Source: an uncultured candidate division Zixibacteria bacterium | GTDB taxonomy: Bacteria; Zixibacteria; MSB-5A5; UBA10806 | Length of the DNA stretch: 64,000 nt | Assembly: GCA_963817915.1 (NCBI GenBank) | Contig: CAWFQL010000012.1 | Coordinates: forward strand, 256,001-320,000 | Direction: 5' to 3' | Part shown: positions 18,667-28,053 of the stretch, one piece after another | How positions within the stretch are numbered: position 1 is the first letter of the stretch | Layout: every line of letters begins with the position of its first letter | Translations under genes and position numbers: made by a program | Notes under the pieces: generated by a model | Database searches by the model: none | Seen by the model: only the letters and a program-made list of their open reading frames with translations | Told to the model about the DNA's origin: nothing

Positions 18667-20160
18667 ATGAGAGTAAGGATGCTCATTATAATATTGATTA
18701 TATCATCATTCGCGATTTCGGCCAATGCCCTCGAGTGGAATGGCAAATTCGGTGTCGGGCTTCGCGGGCCGGTGTTCGCGCCGATGTTCAGGGGCTCGAA
18801 CTATACATCGCCACGCGGCGATTTCGAGCGATATATGATGGGTCTGAATGGTTCCCTGGATCTTCGATATGGATTATCGAAGCAACTTGTATTGAATCTC
18901 ACTGCCGGATATGCCTCGACATATGACGACTCAACGGCAAGCGCTGATCAGACATTCAAAATGAATTCATCCGATAGAGCCTATACGAAATTAAACGGGC
19001 TTCTACTTGGCCTTACTGGAAATTACTATTTTATGCCCGAGGGTAGTGTTCAACCTTATTTGATTTTTGGCCTTGGAATGGATAATTGGTCGGTCAAGAC
19101 TCAGGTGGGCGATAGCTCATTTAAGGTCAGCGATCTTAATCTTAAATTTGGGGCGGGCCTGAATTTTTGGATCGGCGAGAAAATATCGATTGATGGACAG
19201 ATCAAATTCTCGAAGGGTTTGTCTAATCTTTCTACTGATATGCCCAAGGGATTTTACGGCAGCGGCGATTGGTCAGGTTTCAAGGATAGGCCGTTCGGGG
19301 GATATTTGGAACCATCGATTGGAATAACTTATTATTTCGGCGGCTCCCGCGATTCAGATAAAGACGGAGTGAAAGATAAATACGACCAATGCCCTGACAC
19401 ACCCATAGGAGCGATTGTAGACCAATACGGCTGTCCATTGGATACGGATGGCGACGGTGTCTATGATGGCCTGGATCAATGTCCTGATACGCCCAAGGGA
19501 TGCATTGTCGACATAACCGGCTGCCCGCTTGATACCGATAAAGATGGTGTTTGCGATGGTCTCGATAAATGCCCCGATACGCCTCCGGGCATCGCTGTGG
19601 ATGTTCATGGATGCCCACTCGATACCGATGGTGACGGAGTGCCGGATTATAAGGATCAGGAGCCGAATACGCCTAAAGGCGCCATAGTCGATGCTAATGG
19701 TGTCGCTATTGATAGCGATAAGGACGGCGTGCCGGATGGTCTCGATAAATGCCCCGATACTCCTATCGGAGTTGCGGTCGACGAGTTCGGCTGCCCCAAG
19801 GCGAAGCCGTTCACGGAAAAGCTGGTGCTGCATATCACATACTCTGCAGGCTCATTTGAACCAGACCAGGCGGCCAAGACCGCGCTCGATGGCCTTGCTG
19901 AGACATTGAAGGCATTCTCAAACCTTAAGATCGAGATCAATGGCTACACCGACGCTCTGGGTTCCGAGAGAAGCAATCTGAAGGTCTCGCAGACTCGTGC
20001 TTCTGCGATAATGGATTATCTGGCATCTAAGGGTGTGCCTGCTGAGAGAATGACCGCTAAGGGATACGGTGAGGACCCGAAATTCTTTATCGCAGATAAT
20101 GCCACACCGGATGGCAGAGCTCAGAATAGAAGAATTGAAATAGTTCCGGTCCAGCAATAA
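18667..20160 (+). CDS. OmpA family protein: beta-barrel, thrombospondin type-3 Ca-binding repeats, OmpA C domain
   Basis: Repeated DxDxDGVxDxxDxCPxTP; GYTD..N..SQTRA..NRRIEI. Confidence 0.9.
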   Translation: MRVRMLIIILIISSFAISANALEWNGKFGVGLRGPVFAPMFRGSNYTSPRGDFERYMMGLNGSLDLRYGLSKQLVLNLTAGYASTYDDSTASADQTFKMNSSDRAYTKLNGLLLGLTGNYYFMPEGSVQPYLIFGLGMDNWSVKTQVGDSSFKVSDLNLKFGAGLNFWIGEKISIDGQIKFSKGLSNLSTDMPKGFYGSGDWSGFKDRPFGGYLEPSIGITYYFGGSRDSDKDGVKDKYDQCPDTPIGAIVDQYGCPLDTDGDGVYDGLDQCPDTPKGCIVDITGCPLDTDKDGVCDGLDKCPDTPPGIAVDVHGCPLDTDGDGVPDYKDQEPNTPKGAIVDANGVAIDSDKDGVPDGLDKCPDTPIGVAVDEFGCPKAKPFTEKLVLHITYSAGSFEPDQAAKTALDGLAETLKAFSNLKIEINGYTDALGSERSNLKVSQTRASAIMDYLASKGVPAERMTAKGYGEDPKFFIADNATPDGRAQNRRIEIVPVQQ

Positions 20161-20175
20161 CCGGAGTTAAGACTG

Positions 20176-20208
20176 AAAAAGGCGAGGTCGTCATGGCCTC
20201 GCCTTTTT
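20176..20208 (+). terminator. Intrinsic (bidirectional) terminator
   Basis: AAAAAGGCGAGG..CCTCGCCTTTTT. Confidence 0.85.
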
Positions 20209-20243
20209 ATTATTATCAAATTTTTTATTTATGGTTTCGCGTT

Positions 20244-20330
20244 TAGGCAGGTCGTAGACCGCTATAGGCGGTCGTGACCTGCCTACCAAGTCGCTGTCGG
20301 GTCACATCCGGCGGCTGCCGGACACGACCA
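20244..20330. repeat. REP-like palindromes
   Basis: TAGGCAGGTC..GACCTGCCTAC and TCCGGC..GCCGGA hairpins; the latter resembles 6667-6716. Confidence 0.6.
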
Positions 20331-20361
20331 GAGGGAACCAATGGTTATTTATATTTACCGC

Positions 20362-21135
20362 CTAAGGCAATTTTGTTTTGGCCTCATTCCAGAGGTGATC
20401 CATTTCTTCCAAAGACGAATCCGAGAGAGTCTTGCCCTTATCTCTGAGCCTGTCCTCGATATATTGAAATCGATTTATAAATCGGCGTATTGTGCCATTC
20501 AATGCTTCCTCGGGCTGCATACCGAGGTGCCTTCCAAGATTAACAAGTGAGAAAAGCAGATCGCCGAGTTCGTGCTCTTGTTTTGTCTTTTCACCTGACG
20601 CTAAGGCTTCTTCAAATTCGCGGATTTCCTCTTTGACTTTGACTATCACATCATCAGGCTTTTTCCAATCGAAACCGTAGCGTCCAACCTTCTCCTGAAC
20701 GCGATATGCCTTAAGCAGAGCAGGCAATGCTTTCGGCACACCTTGCAGAACCGAGTAATTCGTATTATTGGCTTTTTTCAGCTTGATCTGCTCCCAATTA
20801 TGCAGGACCTCTTCGGATGTCAAATCCTTACGGTCGCCGAAAACATGGGGATGCCGTTCGATGAGCTTGTCGGCGATTTTGCCTGCTACAGTTTCCATAT
20901 CGAATGCGCCTCGTTCTTTGGCCAGTTGGGCGTGCATGACGATCTGTTCGAGCAGGTCGCCAAGCTCCTCGGCAAATTTGGCATCATCGGCTGATTCGAT
21001 CGCCTCGATGACCTCGTAGGCCTCTTCGATAATGTAAGGTTTTAGCGATTTATGATCTTGTTCTTTATCCCACGGGCAACCGTTGGGCCCGCGCAATATA
21101 GCGGCAATCTCAAGCAGTCTTTTATAGTTTTCCAT
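20362..21135 (-). CDS. mazG: Nucleoside triphosphate pyrophosphohydrolase MazG
   Basis: GCPWDKEQ, EEAYE, EELGDLL, RHPHVF, ELGDLLF. Confidence 0.95.
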   Translation of the reverse strand: MENYKRLLEIAAILRGPNGCPWDKEQDHKSLKPYIIEEAYEVIEAIESADDAKFAEELGDLLEQIVMHAQLAKERGAFDMETVAGKIADKLIERHPHVFGDRKDLTSEEVLHNWEQIKLKKANNTNYSVLQGVPKALPALLKAYRVQEKVGRYGFDWKKPDDVIVKVKEEIREFEEALASGEKTKQEHELGDLLFSLVNLGRHLGMQPEEALNGTIRRFINRFQYIEDRLRDKGKTLSDSSLEEMDHLWNEAKTKLP

Positions 21136-21239
21136 GGAGATTGAAATTATCGAGATATGATGAGCAAGTCAATCTGAAAAAGATATGGATTTGTCGGGTG
21201 CTACATACATCAATTTTCTATAAGATAAATAAGAGGAAA

Positions 21240-22001
21240 TTATCGAATATGAAGATATGGCCCCATATTTTTCATTATCACTTCATGTTTAGCGATATTT
21301 AATGAATCATCATATGCTCGAAAAACCCAATGCTCTAAATCATTTCCGCCAAGTGTATAAAAATCGATTAAGTAAAAACCAATATCTTTCTGCCATTTTG
21401 GGGCGGTGACGATGTTTGAAGCCTGCAATTTTTCATTTCGCATATAATTTATTTTTGCGGAATTATGAGAGGAATCAGCGAAATTATAAAATTGATCATA
21501 ATCATTATTGAAATCATCAACGCTTGAAAGTATGCAATACATACTCAATTCTGTTCGAGTATGAAAGTAAAGCGTTAGCAATTCCAATACATATGAAGAG
21601 GATAAATTGTTGCGAAGTTCATGGCAAAAAACGCCATTGAAGCCTTTGAGATCACCCCCATAATGATAGACATTATTTGTATTTTTATTAAAAAAGAATA
21701 ATTTGATGGGACTTTCGGGTTCAGAATACACTCCATCCTCCCTGAACCAACAAAAATAGACCCCTTGCAGATTTTGAAATTTCCCTTTTTCTATTATTGA
21801 AATTTGAGTTGTATCGATTGGATGATGTTTTATTAGGATTGATTTCGCGTTTTCTATCAATAGCGAATCAATTTCAGGATTTGATAATGAATCCATCTGA
21901 AATCCAAAGAGCCCTTTTAATTGAGCCCTGTGAGGAGGAAATGACCATTCGAAATTGCCCGAAAGCGTTAACGTGGCAAGCAACAAATATAGATATTTCA
22001 T
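21240..22001 (-). CDS. Hypothetical AT-rich exported protein
   Basis: 253-aa ORF with hydrophobic N-terminus; no recognised motif. Confidence 0.6.
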   Translation of the reverse strand: MKYLYLLLATLTLSGNFEWSFPPHRAQLKGLFGFQMDSLSNPEIDSLLIENAKSILIKHHPIDTTQISIIEKGKFQNLQGVYFCWFREDGVYSEPESPIKLFFFNKNTNNVYHYGGDLKGFNGVFCHELRNNLSSSYVLELLTLYFHTRTELSMYCILSSVDDFNNDYDQFYNFADSSHNSAKINYMRNEKLQASNIVTAPKWQKDIGFYLIDFYTLGGNDLEHWVFRAYDDSLNIAKHEVIMKNMGPYLHIR

Positions 22002-22222
22002 TTCATTACTCTCGTTTCTAAGAATAAATGCTATTGAGTTCTAGCAATAAGCAACACTGATCTATTCCCAAGGCCATTGCATAGTTCCATTTAAGAGCAC
22101 CTGAATCGTCATATTCGGTCATTATTTCTCCGCCAATATATATCAGATAAACATCCAGCGTGTCCACCTATTTTCAGAATATGCCCGCCAATAGCCTTCA
22201 AAAAATCGTCGAAAACTGCATC

Positions 22223-22251
22223 TTGACAAGCTGGTTTTGCCGGACTATCTT
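22223..22251 (+). promoter_or_regulatory. Sigma70 promoter of tRNA-Ser
   Basis: TTGACA-N17-TATCTT. Confidence 0.65.
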
Positions 22252-22270
22252 GGGTTTAGAGCGGTATTTC

Positions 22271-22359
22271 GGAGAGATGTCCGAGTTGGTCTAAGGAGCA
22301 CGCCTGGAGAGCGTGTAACCCCCAAAAGGGGTTCCTGGGTTCAAATCCCAGTCTCTCCG
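22271..22359 (+). tRNA. tRNA-Ser(GGA); CCA not encoded
   Basis: Acceptor GGAGAGA/TCTCTCC, anticodon arm CACGC-CTGGAGA-GCGTG, long variable arm, T arm CTGGG-TTCAAAT-CCCAG, G discriminator. Confidence 0.95.
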
Positions 22360-22608
22360 CATTCATTTTTCGCCATTTAATTATGATTTGGGAATAGCGT
22401 TAGCAGATGTCAACGGACTTTTCTGCCCTTTTAGCAATATATATTGATCCATCCATTCATCATCAACCGATTCCGAATATGCTCGTTATAATATTTGCAA
22501 AGTAAAATTATCAACTGAACAGATTGTGCCTTCAATAGCATGATGAATCGCATAATATATTTAAGATAGCTTAATTCGACAAAAAGGAATAAGCCCTCTA
22601 TTTTTGAA

Positions 22609-22637
22609 TTGACATTGTGGGATATCTATTCTATGCT
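22609..22637 (+). promoter_or_regulatory. Sigma70 promoter upstream of the giant-protein operon
   Basis: TTGACA-N17-TATGCT. Confidence 0.55.
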
Positions 22638-22903
22638 ACGGATATGGGTCTCTATTGCCATTATTATGTTGGTGATAGGTTTGATGATCGGACAAGTTTA
22701 GTGGTAAAAAAATGGCATTGGTGAAAGATCTAATTAGCCAAAAACATTCTGTTATGTTGGCCCGCTTAAAGGTCCAATCGAGCAATCCTTTTAAATCAAT
22801 ATATTATGCATCTTAAACAAACGTTGTTGGTGGTTTTTGTTTCTTGCATGCAGATAGTTTTAATGATTCCCAGATGAATTAATCACTTGAAATAGGAGGC
22901 CAT

Positions 22904-25900
22904 TTGAAGCTCAAAATCTTGGCTTCATGCGCCATCGCGCTGCTTTACTTTGGCGTTCCGGCATATGCTCAAAGCGATTGGAGTGCTACTGTATTCATGC
23001 AGCCCTATCCCTCGCCCTACGTCAGCGATTGGGAATCCAATCCTAATTTGGGCTATTTAACCGTTTACAATAATACGGGTAGCGAACAAAGCATCAGATT
23101 GTTTTTGCGTTTGCTGCGAAACCGCGAACAAACGATTATCTCTGCCACTAGCACCCCGATCCTTATTCCCTCGAGCCCACCAGCCACTATTCTGGATAAC
23201 ACCAGTTTCTCCGATTATGAAAATGCGGATTATGATGAAGGCCTTCGGAGCGATATAGCCATGACCGGTCGTCTGCCCGAGGGTCAATATCAGGCCTGTC
23301 TGAGATTGGAAAATCTGGAAGGTGCGGTCCTGGTTGATAACATCTGTACCGAGTTCTACATTGTATACCCCGATCCTCCGGGTTTAATCTATCCTTCAAA
23401 TGGTGAAATAGTTGTCTCCGATTATCCTCTTTTCCAGTGGACGCCGCTGCAGGTTCCGGTGCAGTTTCAGATTGTGTACAATTTGAGAATTGCTGAGATC
23501 CTTCAAGGCCAAACCCCGCAACAGGCCATCGAGGCCAATATCCCTCAATTAGAAACTTTTGAGATTACAGCTCCAAATTATTTATATCCGCTTGATGCTT
23601 TGCCATTGGAACAGGGCAAAACTTACGTCTGGCAGGTTCAGGCTCTCGATCAATACGGATATCCGCCATCTGAAAATCAGGGTAGAAGCGAGATATGGGG
23701 CTTTGCATTTGGCGATACTACGCCTCCGATCCCACCGGGGCCGGTATACCGCACCATCTCCGGGCGGCTGCTCGATTCCGGAACGTCCCAACCGCTTTCT
23801 CAAAGTCAGATCGTCTTGCGTCTTGTTGAATCTCAGAGCGGGCCCAATGGTGATGAGTATATCGATTTACCCGAATCTCTAACGACCATTTCAAATAACG
23901 AGGGTTTTTTCAGTTTCGATGATGTCCGCGATGGTACTTACTTTAAAATTTGTGCTCAACCGACCGGCTATCTTGCGGCCTGCCGTATCGGCCTCGATCA
24001 GTACGGCCATGGCGATATCGCAAATTTTGATATTCTCGTTGGTGAAAACTACGCGGATATAAACGGACACTTGGTAGATATGTACTCAAATCTTCCGGTC
24101 TCGAATATAATAGTTCAGTTGTGGCAGATTGGCACTGTTCTGGTTCCCGATACCAGCGGAGGCGAGCCATCACAGGAGAATGTGAACAGGCAAATTACTT
24201 CGGCGCGCTCCGATAGCCTTGGCGTATTCAGCATGACTCATATTCCCGGAGGGGATAATTACTATATTATTATAAACGATCCTCAATACGATAGTCTGCA
24301 ATCCAGTCAATTCACAATTTATGGCGGCCCCCTCCAGGATCTGGGATCGTACGCCATAAGACTTAAGGTTGGTGGAATTACCGGAACCGTGAGGATTGCC
24401 GGTACTGATTCGCTTATCTCGATGGCCCGGGTTTTTGTTTATGCCGATACTGGCTTTGCGTTCCCCGACGACCCTGAGGATTTCAATCAGCCGCCGTTCG
24501 AGGCTTTGCCGCTTTATGGCCCCGATACAACCGATCAATTCGGCGCGTTCACATTTGTTGATATTCCCCTGAACAATTTCGATCAAATTACCAGCCGCTA
24601 TGCAGTCTTTGTCCAGGCGCAGGGATTCAATAGCACACTTTTACCGGCCAGGATCACATCCGATAGCCCTCGTCTTAATTTTGACGTGGAGCTTTCTCAC
24701 GCGCAGGCGATTATTTACGGTACAGTCATCAGCGCGCTTGATGGTATCCCCGTCGGTGATGCCGAAGTGCGGTTGGTATCGCAACGCTCTGATGCAGTAG
24801 CACCTGACCCGTCCCGTATTCTGGAAGATCCTATCGCCTACACAAATCCCGATGGAGGATATGTTTTAGGCGATATCCCTCCCGCAATTTATTCATCCTT
24901 GATCATTTATAAATCTGGCTATGATGCATATGAAGCAGCAGGTCCAATTACCGTTGTTGCCGGGCAGTCAATTAGAATTGATGCTACACTTGATCGCCCC
25001 AGTGGATTTGTTCAGGGAACCGTTAGTGATGATCAGCAGGCACCACTTTTCGGTGTCATCATCACCTCGCCGGATGCTCCGAATATATCCGAGGTCAGTC
25101 AGGCAGACGGCTCGTATTATATTGCGGGAATGCCTTCGGGATCCGTACGTCTCGAATTCCACAATCCTGGTTATGCCGACACGACCCACAACCTGGAAGT
25201 CGCTGCCCAAGAGACGACCATAGTAAATATGGTCATGTCATCTTACAAGGGAAGCATTACATTTATTGTTAGAGACTCTACTACTGGCAATCCAGTACCC
25301 AATATTACAGTTAAAATTACAGGACAGGAAGATCAGCAAACAGATCCGGCCGGTACGGTTTCGTATAACGGCTTGCCAGTCGGCCCAACCAGGGTCGAAT
25401 TCGCTCCGCCCTCAGGAGAAAATGATTCAATAGATTACTGTGGCCATTCCACTAATGTTGAAATTGCCAATGGCCCCAATCTGCCCGTTACGATTGCCCT
25501 GACTCGTGGCGGCCGCATTTCGGGGTTTGTCCGAACATCGGCTGGCAGTCCTATTCAGGCTGCGTCAGTTGAAATCGAGGGAAACAGCTTTATCAATAAT
25601 CTGACAACTGAGGCGGGACGCTTCGTATTGCGTCACGTTCCCGCTGGAAACAATATTGTTCTGACGGCTTCCAAAGTCGGCTATAGAACCGGCCGACTTG
25701 AAAATATTAATCTGGCCGTTGGACAGCAGCTTGATTCACTAATCATCCGATTGGAAGATTCGCCCATCGATTCTGTCTTCGGCTTTGCCATAGAGGTCGA
25801 CTCCATTGCCGATCTCGGGGGCGGAAATAAGAGAGTCATAGGGGCGATCGTCAGGGTCCCGACTACTCCGGTTCTGCGTCTGGCTGACAACAATTTCCGA

Positions 25901-28033
25901 TTCTATTTCAACGATCTCCAAGTCGATTCCCGATACGCACCGCTGTCATCGAGGTTTGCGCTTTCAGTCACTCAAGTGCCAGTAAAAGTCTTCAGCAGAC
26001 TCGAGGCAACCCTCTGCGATACCAGCGGCGGATATCTTTATGCTCAAATGGTAGATTCGCTGCATGTCGGCGAAATTCGCGGCGACCTGGTTATGGAAAA
26101 TGCCATTCCACGGTGGATTCCAGGCTCCGCCTGGGCAACGGAAAAGATCGAGCGTAATCTTGCCCCGGCCTTTTGGGCTGATGGTGTTTATCACGGCGCC
26201 GAGGGGGCAAACTATGGCCTTACGGTCAACGGCAATAGCGTCAGTGCCACGTTCTGGGGTTTCAGCATCTCGGTCGATTACGCCCGCACGACCATAGACT
26301 CTGCGGGCTTCCATTACTACGGAGCGTTGCGATTCCCAAGATTAACCAGAGAGATCGGCATTGAGGATCTTAACATCAAGAAAAACGAATCGACCGGAAG
26401 GCTGGAATTTGTGGGAGTGGGTGTTAAAACAACCCCACCAATAGAAATTGCCATCGGCTCCTTCCGCGTTATCGATAGCATTGCCGCCTGGAATGCTTCC
26501 GGCTTCCGCGCTGACGGCGCGATTGTAGTCGGGGCGCTTGGGCGAACATTCGGCTTCAACAATCTGCGCATTTCGCCCGAGGGTGACTTCTTAAGTCTGA
26601 TCGTCACAGCCGATAGCGCTTCCGGAACCATCAATGTTCTCTCGTCGCAGTTTAGAATAGAATCTCTCGAATTTGGAACCGATGAGGCCACTCGAGTGCG
26701 ATACTTCCAGTTTTCGGGCGGCTTAACTATCCCCCGTATCAGTCAGCCTGTTCTATTCCGCAATTTGAAATATACCGAGGAAAACGAGTTTTCCGGAGTC
26801 ATTCAGTTCAACCAAAGTAAGACCTTCGCCAGCATTCTCACAGTCCAGCTTCAATCAATCGAATTCAATCGCGATGATCGAGGCCGTTTCATCTTTGTGA
26901 GAGGCAACGTGGCATTTGATATTCCAACTCTGCATGTTCAGGCTGGCAACTTTCGTTTCTATGAAGACGGCACATTCAATCTTGAGCAAATAAGTATCAG
27001 CTTTAACGCCGGGCCGGTTTTAGTGGCTGTCGAGGCCTCATGGTCAGATGACAAGTTCGAGGGCAGCGGTACCCTGGTGGTTCAGCCAGTCTTGAACGCC
27101 GCCTGTCAGTTCCGTTACGCCGGAACCTCCGATTGGTGGATCAAGGTCAGAGCTGGTATAAATATTCCGATCGGCACCTTCACTATTGTAGAAGTGTCCG
27201 GTGAGGTTGGTTATCAGGAAGGGACCTGGATATTCGGTTTGGGAGGCGGCGTCACAGTCGGGCAGCTTGAGAAGGCAGTACGCCTTAATGCATATCTCCG
27301 GGTAATGAGAACGCCTGATGGGCCGATAATCAACGGCAACGCTCAAGTGATTGCCTTCTCCGGAATGCAGCTTGGTGAGGCCACCATCAATCTCGATTTC
27401 GCCCATGATCGATTCACTGGCAATATCCTATTCGGGTTCAACAGATCCGGCGTCGAGGTTTCCGCGCAGATTAATGTTGATGTACAATCGGGGCAATACT
27501 GGTATGTCGGAGGAGGCGCTTCGTTGAATTTCTTCCGACTTGCGCAACTCAATTCCACGCTTTGCGCCGCCAACAATTACAATGGTTGGATGCACACATT
27601 CCCCGTCACTTACCATCCCGACAACCAAACCATCAATGGATTCCATGCTGATCTTAACTATCATACCGGAGCCAGCGGCTATCGTTGGAGCATGAGCATT
27701 GATACCTGGGCTTATCTTATGGTTAACTGGAACGGCGACCTCGCCGCCGGAGCCAAATTCACTTTCGATTGCTATGCAGACCTCTGGATTATCGGCGGAT
27801 CGGCCACCGTAAACATGGAAGTGGCTATTCAGAATGTGCAGAATTGCCTAAGCGCCTATGGCAGCGCCAGCGCCACTTTGAAGCTCTGGATCGGTTGCTG
27901 TAATCGCAATAGCGGATGTTGGAGTGTCTGCTGGGCTTGGATATTCCCCTGTGGCGGCTCCGCTTGTTTTAATATTTCTCTGGCGGCCAACTACAACTGC
28001 AATTCAGGTTGGGATTACAACCTCACTTGGTAA
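22904..28033 (+). CDS. 1709-aa secreted/surface protein: TANFOR-like N-terminus, Fn3-like domain, CarboxypepD_reg-like repeats, beta-rich and Cys-rich C-terminus
   Basis: RBS AGGAGG + TTG start; signal peptide (AYA-Q); PYPSPYVSDW, LPEGQYQAC, PLFQWTP..YVWQVQA; repeated ISG.V.D...P..A.V..G.F motifs. Confidence 0.8.
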   Translation: MKLKILASCAIALLYFGVPAYAQSDWSATVFMQPYPSPYVSDWESNPNLGYLTVYNNTGSEQSIRLFLRLLRNREQTIISATSTPILIPSSPPATILDNTSFSDYENADYDEGLRSDIAMTGRLPEGQYQACLRLENLEGAVLVDNICTEFYIVYPDPPGLIYPSNGEIVVSDYPLFQWTPLQVPVQFQIVYNLRIAEILQGQTPQQAIEANIPQLETFEITAPNYLYPLDALPLEQGKTYVWQVQALDQYGYPPSENQGRSEIWGFAFGDTTPPIPPGPVYRTISGRLLDSGTSQPLSQSQIVLRLVESQSGPNGDEYIDLPESLTTISNNEGFFSFDDVRDGTYFKICAQPTGYLAACRIGLDQYGHGDIANFDILVGENYADINGHLVDMYSNLPVSNIIVQLWQIGTVLVPDTSGGEPSQENVNRQITSARSDSLGVFSMTHIPGGDNYYIIINDPQYDSLQSSQFTIYGGPLQDLGSYAIRLKVGGITGTVRIAGTDSLISMARVFVYADTGFAFPDDPEDFNQPPFEALPLYGPDTTDQFGAFTFVDIPLNNFDQITSRYAVFVQAQGFNSTLLPARITSDSPRLNFDVELSHAQAIIYGTVISALDGIPVGDAEVRLVSQRSDAVAPDPSRILEDPIAYTNPDGGYVLGDIPPAIYSSLIIYKSGYDAYEAAGPITVVAGQSIRIDATLDRPSGFVQGTVSDDQQAPLFGVIITSPDAPNISEVSQADGSYYIAGMPSGSVRLEFHNPGYADTTHNLEVAAQETTIVNMVMSSYKGSITFIVRDSTTGNPVPNITVKITGQEDQQTDPAGTVSYNGLPVGPTRVEFAPPSGENDSIDYCGHSTNVEIANGPNLPVTIALTRGGRISGFVRTSAGSPIQAASVEIEGNSFINNLTTEAGRFVLRHVPAGNNIVLTASKVGYRTGRLENINLAVGQQLDSLIIRLEDSPIDSVFGFAIEVDSIADLGGGNKRVIGAIVRVPTTPVLRLADNNFRFYFNDLQVDSRYAPLSSRFALSVTQVPVKVFSRLEATLCDTSGGYLYAQMVDSLHVGEIRGDLVMENAIPRWIPGSAWATEKIERNLAPAFWADGVYHGAEGANYGLTVNGNSVSATFWGFSISVDYARTTIDSAGFHYYGALRFPRLTREIGIEDLNIKKNESTGRLEFVGVGVKTTPPIEIAIGSFRVIDSIAAWNASGFRADGAIVVGALGRTFGFNNLRISPEGDFLSLIVTADSASGTINVLSSQFRIESLEFGTDEATRVRYFQFSGGLTIPRISQPVLFRNLKYTEENEFSGVIQFNQSKTFASILTVQLQSIEFNRDDRGRFIFVRGNVAFDIPTLHVQAGNFRFYEDGTFNLEQISISFNAGPVLVAVEASWSDDKFEGSGTLVVQPVLNAACQFRYAGTSDWWIKVRAGINIPIGTFTIVEVSGEVGYQEGTWIFGLGGGVTVGQLEKAVRLNAYLRVMRTPDGPIINGNAQVIAFSGMQLGEATINLDFAHDRFTGNILFGFNRSGVEVSAQINVDVQSGQYWYVGGGASLNFFRLAQLNSTLCAANNYNGWMHTFPVTYHPDNQTINGFHADLNYHTGASGYRWSMSIDTWAYLMVNWNGDLAAGAKFTFDCYADLWIIGGSATVNMEVAIQNVQNCLSAYGSASATLKLWIGCCNRNSGCWSVCWAWIFPCGGSACFNISLAANYNCNSGWDYNLTW

Positions 28034-28053
28034 ATTTGAGGAATTGGAGATAG

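Noticed and set aside
19350..19800. Tandem DNA repeats in ompA as a novel array
   Set aside because: Explained by thrombospondin type-3 Ca-binding repeats, which are common in OmpA proteins
22304..22310. G37 in the tRNA-Ser(GGA) anticodon loop as a special feature
   Set aside because: A single base in an error-prone assembly; significance cannot be judged without comparison
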